Positions 7,078-14,047 of a DNA stretch of 14,047 nt are shown piece by piece. Numbering within the stretch: the first letter of the stretch is position 1; every line of letters starts with the position of its first letter. The stretch lies in the NCBI GenBank assembly GCA_029246845.1, contig JAQWMJ010000017.1, forward strand, positions 1 through 14,047, given 5' to 3'. Under the pieces are notes generated by a model, which saw nothing but the letters and a program-made list of their open reading frames with translations, was not told the origin of the DNA and ran no database searches. The position numbers were made by a program, and so were the translations under genes. This DNA is from Thermodesulfobacteriota bacterium (GTDB lineage Bacteria; Desulfobacterota_D; UBA1144).

Positions 7078-8491
7078 TATTGAATTTTTTCTTGATTATT
7101 CCAATTATAATTCCAGGATTTCCTTTTCCCTTAGTTTTTTTCATAACTTGACCCATAAAGAAGCTAATTAATTTATCTTCACCCTCTAACAGCCTTTGTT
7201 TTTCGTTAGGGTTCTCTAGTAAGACTTCTTCAATGACTTCTTCTAATAAATCTTCTGAACTTTCTTGTTTGAGATCCATGGAGTCAATTAGAATCTCAAT
7301 GTCATCATTTGAGGTGCTTATTTTCTCTAAAAGCTCCTTGCCGGAGTTATTATTAATCTTCCCTTCCTTGAGAACCAATAAAAAGTTGGCAAAATTCTTT
7401 ACATCAAGAGCAAAGCTATCTAGATTTATGTACTTAATAATTTCCGAGATACTCCATTTACATGCTAGCTTAGGATCTTTAATGATGCGCAAGGTATCAT
7501 CAAAGAATTTTGAGAGAGCCTTGTTGGACAATAATATCTCAGAATCATCTTTGGATAATTTATAATCAACAATATAAGTAGTTAGCTTTTTATTGTAAGA
7601 CTGAAATGATGAACTACGAAGTTCGTCTATTCTTTTAATAGTTAAGATTAGAGGCTTCAAATCAGGGTCGGGAAAATATCTGTAATCGTGTGCTTCTTCT
7701 TTGGATCTCATAGAAAATGTTTTATTTGAATTAGAATTAAAAAGTCTTGTTTCTTGTACAACTTTCTCGCCATTATTTATTAGCTTAGCTTGTCTTGTAA
7801 TTTCATATTCGATAGCTTTTTTTACAAATTTAAAGGAATTTATATTTTTGATTTCCGCTCTAGTGCCCAACTCGGTTTCTCCAACCCTTCTAATTGAGAT
7901 ATTAGCATCACAGCGAAAGTTCCCTTCTTCCATATTACAATCTGAGACATCGGCATAAATTAAAATATTTCTTAATTTCTTAAGGTAACTTACTGCTTCA
8001 TCAGCAGTTGAAAGATCTGGCTCTGATACAATTTCTATTAATGGTACGCCGGCTCTATTTAAATCAACCATGGAAAACTTATCAGAGATATCATGTATTA
8101 ATTTTCCTGCATCTTCTTCCATGTGAATTCTATTAATCCTAATAGTCTTATCTTTGCCATTTATATCGGGGATGACAATCTTACCATCCGATGCCAATGG
8201 TTCATCATATTGGCTTATCTGATAACCCTTTGGTAAGTCTGGATAAAAATAATGTTTTCTAGCAAAAGTAGATTTAGTATTAATTTTACAATCTGTTGAC
8301 AAGCTAGCTAAAATTGCCAAGTCTACAGCCTTGTCATTTATAACCGGAAGAGCTCCAGGTAGACCTAAGTCCACCACGGATACATTAGAATTAGGTTCTT
8401 CTCCAAAATCGTTATTTGATGAAGAAAATAATTTTGTTTTTGTTTTTAGTTGAGAATGTACCTCAAGACCTATAACCGCCTCAAATTCCAT
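7070..8491 (-). CDS. gatB: Asp/Glu-tRNA(Asn/Gln) amidotransferase subunit B
   Basis: IGLEVHSQL, YFYPDLPKGYQISQ, HMEEDAGK, NRAGVPLIEIV, DYRYFPDPDL and FFMGQVMK; SD AAGGAG upstream. Confidence 0.98.
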   Translation of the reverse strand: MEFEAVIGLEVHSQLKTKTKLFSSSNNDFGEEPNSNVSVVDLGLPGALPVINDKAVDLAILASLSTDCKINTKSTFARKHYFYPDLPKGYQISQYDEPLASDGKIVIPDINGKDKTIRINRIHMEEDAGKLIHDISDKFSMVDLNRAGVPLIEIVSEPDLSTADEAVSYLKKLRNILIYADVSDCNMEEGNFRCDANISIRRVGETELGTRAEIKNINSFKFVKKAIEYEITRQAKLINNGEKVVQETRLFNSNSNKTFSMRSKEEAHDYRYFPDPDLKPLILTIKRIDELRSSSFQSYNKKLTTYIVDYKLSKDDSEILLSNKALSKFFDDTLRIIKDPKLACKWSISEIIKYINLDSFALDVKNFANFLLVLKEGKINNNSGKELLEKISTSNDDIEILIDSMDLKQESSEDLLEEVIEEVLLENPNEKQRLLEGEDKLISFFMGQVMKKTKGKGNPGIIIGIIKKKFNIS

Positions 8492-8541
8492 AGAAACTCC
8501 TTTAAAGAATTATTAAACATATTACCTGCTAATCAAGAATA

Positions 8542-9198
8542 TTATTTAATAATTTTTCCTGTTTTAAAATACCAAAGGACTAGATCTAAAGAAGATAGTG
8601 TTAAGTTATGTCTGGAACCAACTTTTCTAAGAATATTCTCGATAGCAATATAATTTTTTTCATTAAGAGTTTTAAAATCTAAACTTATCAAACCACACTC
8701 TTTCATTAAGTTAATTATATGCTTATCTAATATTGCGTAATCATTAAAACCTATATTCCTCAAGAAGTGACTTGCGGCCTTCATACCAACACCTTGAACT
8801 TTAGGATTAGAAGAAAAGAAACTTCTTCTTCGATAATGAGAAGAGTTGTCATTAAAGATTTTCTTGAAACTGTTATTATAAGAGGAGCGAATATACTCTC
8901 TAGTATTATATATATATTTACCTCTTAAATTATAGAACCTATAGCATCCTTTAAGCCTCTTAATGATCTGAGTTAAGTCCTTATTAAATACAAAGTCATC
9001 TTTTTTTAAGATATCTACTGTGGACAATGCTAGCCTTGCACTTGTTCCCGCAGCTAAAATTACATAAACTAATTCCAAAAAGGTTTCTTTATAGTCATCT
9101 TTATTAATCTCAGAAAATATCTCTATTTTACTATTAACTTCAGATTTTTTTTCTTTTAGTACTTTATCGATTACAAGATCTATACTTAGTTTACTCAT
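8542..9198 (-). CDS. ogg: 8-oxoguanine DNA glycosylase/AP lyase, OGG2 (archaeal/Thermotoga N-glycosylase/DNA lyase) family
   Basis: HhH motif GVGMKAASHFLRNIG with the catalytic Lys, ILDKH with the catalytic Asp, YRFYN.R, and the LDLVLWY..TGKIIK end with a terminal Lys; ~218 aa and no OGG1 N-terminal domain. Confidence 0.88.
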   Translation of the reverse strand: MSKLSIDLVIDKVLKEKKSEVNSKIEIFSEINKDDYKETFLELVYVILAAGTSARLALSTVDILKKDDFVFNKDLTQIIKRLKGCYRFYNLRGKYIYNTREYIRSSYNNSFKKIFNDNSSHYRRRSFFSSNPKVQGVGMKAASHFLRNIGFNDYAILDKHIINLMKECGLISLDFKTLNEKNYIAIENILRKVGSRHNLTLSSLDLVLWYFKTGKIIK

Positions 9199-10408
9199 TT
9201 GATTTTAGAATCTTGAGAACCTGGCCAGGTTGAATCTTATTAGAGACGAGATTATTCATCTTCTTTAAATCTTTTGTTTTTATTTTAAACTTTTTAGCAA
9301 TCATACTTAAGGAATCACCTCTTTTAATAACATAAATAAAAGACTGATCTTTGTTAAATATTTTATCAACATAAACTTGTTTATAAATTAGCAGCTCCTG
9401 TCCAGCAAGAATAAAGGTTGATTCCAAATTGTTTAATTTGACAATCTCTTCTATTGAATTTGAGTATATTTTACTAATCTCACTTAAGGTATCGCCCTTT
9501 TTAACTTTATATCTAGACAAAACCTTTGATCGTGGGCTGGCAGATAGTTGAGCATAGACCTTTTTCTTGAATCCATTAGGAACATAAATTGAGTATGAAC
9601 CATCAGGGGGTGTCATCTCTCTCAAAAGTGAAGGATTGATTTCTTTAAGTAATCCATAATCAATGCCAGATATTTTTGAAATATATTCTAAGGAGGTTTG
9701 GGGTGGTAACTCTACTCTTTCTAAGTCTATAATTGGATCTACAATTTTGTTGCTGAATCCAAATTCGCTTAAATTTTTTGATATATGAATGACAGCAAGA
9801 ATCTGGGGAATATAATTTTTAGTTTGCTTGGGGAAAGTATGCTGTGATAGATACCAAAAATCTCTAGATTTATGCTCCTTAATTGCGTTTTTAACAGTAT
9901 TGTCACCTGAGTTATAACCAGCCATTGCTAGCTCCCATGATCCGAACTTCCTCTTAAGACTAGTTAAATATTTAGCTGCAGCATATGTGGACTTTTCAAA
10001 GTCTCTTCTTTCGTCTATCCACTTATCTACACGCAAACTAAAAATTCGACCTGTGCTAGGCATAAACTGCCATAGTCCAACTGCACCTGCACTAGATACA
10101 ATGTCAACTTGAAATGCACTTTCAATCATTGACAAGTAAATTAAGTCCTCTGGTATATCATATTCTTTGAAAATTTGATTAATTCTATCACGAAAAAGAC
10201 CTTGCCTTCTATATGTTTGTTTAAAAAAAACTCTTCCTTTTTCTGTCTTTGAAAAATAATTAATAAATTTATTTATTTTATCTTTTTTAAACCTAGAATT
10301 ATTAACTGTCGATACTGAAACTATACTATTGTTAAAATTATAATTCTCAGCTTGGCTGGGGAATATTAAAATGAAAGAGATGGCTAAAGTAAAATAAATA
10401 TTTTTCAT
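9191..10408 (-). CDS. mltD: MltD-like lytic transglycosylase (SLT domain plus LysM repeats), exported
   Basis: Signal peptide (MKNIYFTLAISFILIFPSQA); SLT motifs IES, AVGLWQFMPSTG, DERRD, AGYNSG and TKNY; two clear LysM repeats (YKVKKGDTL, YVIKRGDSL) and one degenerate repeat. Confidence 0.9.
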   Translation of the reverse strand: MKNIYFTLAISFILIFPSQAENYNFNNSIVSVSTVNNSRFKKDKINKFINYFSKTEKGRVFFKQTYRRQGLFRDRINQIFKEYDIPEDLIYLSMIESAFQVDIVSSAGAVGLWQFMPSTGRIFSLRVDKWIDERRDFEKSTYAAAKYLTSLKRKFGSWELAMAGYNSGDNTVKNAIKEHKSRDFWYLSQHTFPKQTKNYIPQILAVIHISKNLSEFGFSNKIVDPIIDLERVELPPQTSLEYISKISGIDYGLLKEINPSLLREMTPPDGSYSIYVPNGFKKKVYAQLSASPRSKVLSRYKVKKGDTLSEISKIYSNSIEEIVKLNNLESTFILAGQELLIYKQVYVDKIFNKDQSFIYVIKRGDSLSMIAKKFKIKTKDLKKMNNLVSNKIQPGQVLKILKSNE

Positions 10409-11586
10409 TATTTAAATAATTTTCTTATTGATCTTGCAGCTTGCTGTATTCTTTGCTCATTTTCTATAAGAGCAAATCTTACATATTTATCCCCACTTTT
10501 ACCAAAACCGATTCCTGGAGAAACAGCAACATTACAGTCCGTAATTAATTTTTTAGAGAATTCTAGTGAACCTAATTCTAAGAATTGGTCTGGAATCTTC
10601 GCCCAGACAAACATAGTTGCTTTTGGTGACTCAATCTCCCAACCTATCTTATTTAATCCATCAACAAGCCTATTCCTTCTTGATCTATAGTTTTCTCTAA
10701 TTTCATTAACACATTCCTGAGTCTCGTTTAATGCAGTAATGGCTGATATTTGGATTGGTTGGAATATTCCATAATCCAGATAACTTTTCACTCTTTTAAG
10801 TGCTGATATAACTTCGCTGTTCCCACACATGAACCCAACACGCCATCCGGCCATATTGTAGCTTTTAGATAATGAAAAAGACTCAACTCCAACATCCATT
10901 GAACCTGGGGCCTGAAGAAAGCTAGGAGCTTTATAATCGTCAAAGCAGATGTCTGCATAAGCAAAATCATGTATAACAATTACCGAGTATTTCTTCCCAA
11001 GAGCCACAATCTTAGTGAAAAAATCTAATTCAACAGTTTGAGTTGTTGGATTACTAGGAAAGGAGATTATTAATGCTTTAGGCTTTGGTTTAGACTTTAA
11101 GCCTTTTTCAATATTTTCTAATAATTTTTTATCATCTATTGAGTTGTATTCTTTTATATTTCCTCTAGCAATCAGAACAGAGTAGCTATGAATAGGATAA
11201 CAAGGATCGGGGACCAATACTGTTTCACCAGGAGCCAATAAAGAAATCATTAAATGTGACAATCCTTCTTTTGACCCTATGGTGACTATAGTTTCGTTTT
11301 CCGGATCCAAATCAACATTATAATTTCTTTTATACCAGTTACTTATAGCAAGTCTTAATTTTGGTAAGCCTGCAGAAATTGAGTATCTATGATTTCTCCC
11401 TTGAACAGAAGATTCCAATAATTTCTCAATTATGTGCCTTGGTGTTGGTTGGTCAGGATTTCCCATACCAAAATCAATAATGTCTTCACCTCTGATTCTT
11501 GCCTCGTATTTAAGTTCATTGACAGACGAAAAAACATACTGGGGCAACTTTGACAGGAGGGAGAAGTTTTCACTATTAATAGACAT
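10408..11586 (-). CDS. alaC: PLP-dependent class I aminotransferase, AlaC (glutamate-pyruvate) type
   Basis: LPQYVF, GEDIIDFGMGNPD, TIGSKEG, FPSNPT, HDFAY, SLSKSYNMAGWRVGF (PLP Lys), KSYLDYG and VRFALIEN closely follow AlaC/YfdZ. The start is placed at ATG 11586 because the track's 11673 start overlaps panB. Substrate specificity is inferred. Confidence 0.85.
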   Translation of the reverse strand: MSINSENFSLLSKLPQYVFSSVNELKYEARIRGEDIIDFGMGNPDQPTPRHIIEKLLESSVQGRNHRYSISAGLPKLRLAISNWYKRNYNVDLDPENETIVTIGSKEGLSHLMISLLAPGETVLVPDPCYPIHSYSVLIARGNIKEYNSIDDKKLLENIEKGLKSKPKPKALIISFPSNPTTQTVELDFFTKIVALGKKYSVIVIHDFAYADICFDDYKAPSFLQAPGSMDVGVESFSLSKSYNMAGWRVGFMCGNSEVISALKRVKSYLDYGIFQPIQISAITALNETQECVNEIRENYRSRRNRLVDGLNKIGWEIESPKATMFVWAKIPDQFLELGSLEFSKKLITDCNVAVSPGIGFGKSGDKYVRFALIENEQRIQQAARSIRKLFK

Positions 11587-11596
11587 CTTTTTTAAA

Positions 11597-11616
11597 TATA
11601 ATATAGCTATATAATA
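11597..11616. promoter_or_regulatory. Divergent promoter region between alaC and panB with a dyad element
   Basis: Two TATAAT hexamers on plus (11597-11602 and 11610-11615) flank the palindrome ATATAGCTATAT (11601-11612). Confidence 0.4.
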
Positions 11617-11641
11617 AATTGTAAATGACCAAGGAAGGCTA

Positions 11642-12415
11642 TTGAGAAAATCTGTACAAGACTTACAATCCATGAAATCAAATAAAGAGCGTATAGTAGC
11701 TCTAACAGCTTATGATTTTCAGACTGCTTCTATCATAGATTCTTATTGTGACTTTATACTTGTTGGTGATTCCCTAGGGAACGTATTTAAAGGGGAAGAG
11801 ACAACTCTTGGCGTGACAGTTGATGACATGATATACCACGGGCTATCCGTATCTAGAGGAGTTAAGAATGCTCATCTTTGTATTGATATGCCTTTTATGT
11901 CCTATCAATCTTCCACAGCTGAAGCATTAAAAAACGCAGGAAGAATAGTAAAAGCTACAAAAGCTCAATCTGTTAAGCTCGAAATTAGCTTTGACACTAT
12001 TCCTACGATTCAAAAGTTGGCTAATGCAGGTATACCTGTTGTTGCACATGTTGGACTCTGTCCACAGTCGTATAATGTATATGGCGGATATAAAAAGCAA
12101 GGTAAGACAAAGACTAACCAAGATTATATTTTAACTCTGTCTAAGGAAGCTGAAAAAAATGGAGCCTCACTGGTTGTAATTGAAGGTGTTCCAGACAATT
12201 TAGGTTCAAAAATCACTAGAACTATTAAAATTCCAACAATTGGAATTGGTGCAGGAAAAATGTGTGATGGACAAATCCTTGTTACCGAAGACATGCTTGG
12301 AATAACACCCTCCCCTCACCCATCTTTTGTCAAAAATTATTCTAACCTTAGAGGACTAATGAAAAAATCAATTAGTAAGTATAAAAATGAAGTCAAAAAA
12401 AATAAATTCCCTTAA
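11642..12415 (+). CDS. panB: 3-methyl-2-oxobutanoate hydroxymethyltransferase
   Basis: LTAYD, LVGDSLG, DMPFMSY, HVGLCPQS, IGIGAG and CDGQILV; TTG start with AAGGA 6 nt upstream. Confidence 0.97.
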   Translation: MRKSVQDLQSMKSNKERIVALTAYDFQTASIIDSYCDFILVGDSLGNVFKGEETTLGVTVDDMIYHGLSVSRGVKNAHLCIDMPFMSYQSSTAEALKNAGRIVKATKAQSVKLEISFDTIPTIQKLANAGIPVVAHVGLCPQSYNVYGGYKKQGKTKTNQDYILTLSKEAEKNGASLVVIEGVPDNLGSKITRTIKIPTIGIGAGKMCDGQILVTEDMLGITPSPHPSFVKNYSNLRGLMKKSISKYKNEVKKNKFP

Positions 12416-13256
12416 AATTATTACTTCTGCTAGTGAAATGCAAAAAATTTCATTAGATATAAGAAGGAAAGGTAAAAAGAAGATTTCTCTAGTTCCTACT
12501 ATGGGGGCGCTTCACGATGGGCATTTAAGCTTGGTTAGGAAAGCTAAGAAGAAAAACTCTATAGTTGTAGTTACAATTTTTATTAATCCAATACAATTCA
12601 ATAACAATGAAGATTTGAAAAAATACCCGAGCACAATTAAAAAGGACATAGTAAAACTTGAAGAACTAGAAGTAGATTATTTATTTGTACCAAAAGTTAG
12701 TGAAATATATCCAGATGGATACCAGACAAAAGTTTCTGTGAGTCATCTCAAGAATCATCTATGTGGTTTAACTCGAGATGGACACTTTGACGGTGTTACT
12801 TCAGTGGTTTTAAAACTTTTTAATTTAACTATTCCTGATTATTCTTTTTTTGGTGAGAAAGACCTGCAGCAATTAATTATTATTAGACAGATGGTTAAAG
12901 ACCTTAACCTTCCTATCAAAGTTATATCTAATCCCATAGTAAGAGAAAAGAATGGGTTAGCCATGAGCTCTAGAAATATAAGACTTTCAAAGAAGGCAAG
13001 AGAAATTGCTCCATTTATATACAAAGGACTTATAAAGGCAAGGGAAGAGTTCAAGAAAAATAACAAAGTTTTAACAAGAAAAATAATTAAGAATCTTAGA
13101 GAATACTATGCTGGTAAAAATATTACACACATTGAATACATTGAAATTATAAATCCAAAAAATTTTAGCTATCCCTCAACTCCAAGGGCTAAAGACTATA
13201 TTTTGGTTGCAATCAAGCTAGGATCAATAAGATTAATAGACAATCTAAAATTTTAA
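12387..13256 (+). CDS. panC: Pantoate-beta-alanine ligase
   Basis: VPTMGALHDGHLSL, FINPIQF, GHFDGV, FGEKD.QQ, GLAMSSRN and RLIDN. Confidence 0.97.
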   Translation: MKSKKINSLKIITSASEMQKISLDIRRKGKKKISLVPTMGALHDGHLSLVRKAKKKNSIVVVTIFINPIQFNNNEDLKKYPSTIKKDIVKLEELEVDYLFVPKVSEIYPDGYQTKVSVSHLKNHLCGLTRDGHFDGVTSVVLKLFNLTIPDYSFFGEKDLQQLIIIRQMVKDLNLPIKVISNPIVREKNGLAMSSRNIRLSKKAREIAPFIYKGLIKAREEFKKNNKVLTRKIIKNLREYYAGKNITHIEYIEIINPKNFSYPSTPRAKDYILVAIKLGSIRLIDNLKF

Positions 13257-13271
13257 TTTAAAATACTTGTT

Positions 13272-13661
13272 GTGAATCTTACAATACTGAAGTCAAAAAT
13301 TCATAGAGCTACCGTAACTGAGGCGAACCTCTATTACGAAGGTAGTATTACTATAGATAAATCCTTAATGGATGCCGCCAATCTTCTACCCTATGAACAA
13401 GTACATATATTTAATCTTACTAATGCAGAAAGGTTTATCACTTACGTTATTGAAGGTGAAAGAGATACAGGTGTAATTTGCACTAATGGTGCTGCTGCAC
13501 ACTGCGCGAGAAAAGGAGATACTTTAATAATAGTTTCATTTACTCAAATGTCACCGGAAGAAGCATCTATTTTTAAACCAAAACTTGTTTATGTGAATCC
13601 AAAAAATATCCAAGTCGAGGCTGATCTAATCGATGGAAAGCTTGTAAAGCTTCTAGGGTAA
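13272..13661 (+). CDS. panD: Aspartate 1-decarboxylase (pyruvoyl-dependent)
   Basis: KSKIHRATVT, the YEG/SITID autocleavage site at G24-S25, ERFITY and NGAAAH; GTG start. Confidence 0.98.
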   Translation: MNLTILKSKIHRATVTEANLYYEGSITIDKSLMDAANLLPYEQVHIFNLTNAERFITYVIEGERDTGVICTNGAAAHCARKGDTLIIVSFTQMSPEEASIFKPKLVYVNPKNIQVEADLIDGKLVKLLG

Positions 13662-13749
13662 AAATTAACTAAATTACTTAAATTAAAATACAAAATTAAG
13701 TACAAAGTGATAAAAGACCAGTATTATTGACATTTTTTTGTTTATTTTG

Positions 13750-13778
13750 TTGACTTAATTTTTTATAAGAGTTATAAA
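13750..13778 (+). promoter_or_regulatory. Candidate sigma70 promoter for the nucleotidyltransferase gene
   Basis: TTGACT (13750-13755), 17 nt spacer, TATAAA (13773-13778); SD-like AGGG ends 6 nt before ATG 13809. Confidence 0.6.
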
Positions 13779-13808
13779 TAATTCAACTTAATTATATTAG
13801 GGAAAAAA

Positions 13809-14047
13809 ATGAAAGCAATTATTCTCGCAGCTGGAAAAGGTCAACGACTTCAACCACATACTAATGAAATACCAAAATGCTTACTAACACTTGATACTCA
13901 AACTATATTGGAGCATCAAATTAATCATTTAAAAACTTGTGATATCGATGAGGTCAATGTTGTTGTTGGATTTGCTAGTAATAAAGTTGAAGAATTCCTA
14001 GGTAATTATGATTCATTAGGAATGAAAATAAATACGATTTATAATCC
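13809..14047 (+). CDS. NTP-transferase family protein, probably phosphocholine/phosphonate cytidylyltransferase (LicC-like); 5' part only
   Basis: Not in the ORF track. Manual translation gives MKAIILAAGKGQRLQPHTNEIPKCLLTLDTQTILEHQINHLKTCDIDEVNVVVGF...INTIYNP, with the LAAG.G.RL...PKCL nucleotide-binding motif. IYNP is typical of the LicC-like subgroup. Confidence 0.85.
   Translation, partial: MKAIILAAGKGQRLQPHTNEIPKCLLTLDTQTILEHQINHLKTCDIDEVNVVVGFASNKVEEFLGNYDSLGMKINTIYN

Noticed and set aside
7233..7958. 110-aa and 85-aa plus-strand ORFs
   Set aside because: Antisense shadows within gatB.
8450..8653. 67-aa plus-strand ORF across the gatB/ogg junction
   Set aside because: Overlaps two well-supported opposite-strand genes; no motif or RBS.
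10788..11614. 63-aa (minus, alternate frame) and 60-aa (plus) ORFs
   Set aside because: Nested in or antisense to alaC; no independent evidence.
11587..11673. 29-aa N-terminal extension of AlaC in the ORF track, including a CxxC (MDCKSC)
   Set aside because: It runs through the divergent promoter gap into panB, and homology begins at ATG 11586. The CxxC is antisense panB sequence.
11927..13066. 64-aa and 75-aa minus-strand ORFs
   Set aside because: Antisense shadows of panB and panC.
13662..13808. CRISPR array or MITE in the panD downstream spacer
   Set aside because: The repeats are only 6-10 nt with no repeat-spacer periodicity, no cas or transposase gene, and no clear target-site duplication.
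1..14047. Alternative genetic code, or a novel multi-gene system (e.g. ATP-grasp plus amidase plus glutaminase as a peptide-biosynthesis cluster)
   Set aside because: All genes are full length under the standard bacterial code, and TGA ends gatB at the expected position. The ATP-grasp, amidase and glutaminase carry the specific signatures of GshB, GatA and CarA, and no precursor peptide or unknown ORF is present.

Overview
A very compact, AT-rich bacterial core-genome segment (roughly 30% GC by eye, not computed). It carries 16 protein genes, two of them cut by the window edges, and one tRNA. In order: tsf (partial, short-form EF-Ts) and rpsB on the minus strand; tRNA-Ser(UGA) and rsmI on plus; a minus-strand carA-gshB-gatC-gatA unit; plsC on plus; a minus-strand alaC-mltD-ogg2-gatB unit; panB-panC-panD on plus; and the 5' end of a LicC-like nucleotidyltransferase. 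By my count only about 464 of 14,047 nt are intergenic, with many overlapping start and stop codons. This fits a streamlined genome; marine Dadabacteria-like is my guess, not something the sequence proves. I see no mobile element, CRISPR array, defence system or gene of unknown family, so I cannot support a new biological system here. The oddities worth a second look are an archaeal/Thermotoga-type OGG2 glycosylase, a GshB with a ~28-aa insertion embedded in a split gatCA/gatB arrangement, an RsmI with eroded conserved motifs that starts 7 nt after a CCA-less tRNA, possible near-leaderless transcripts, and a structured, motif-repeating spacer after panD.
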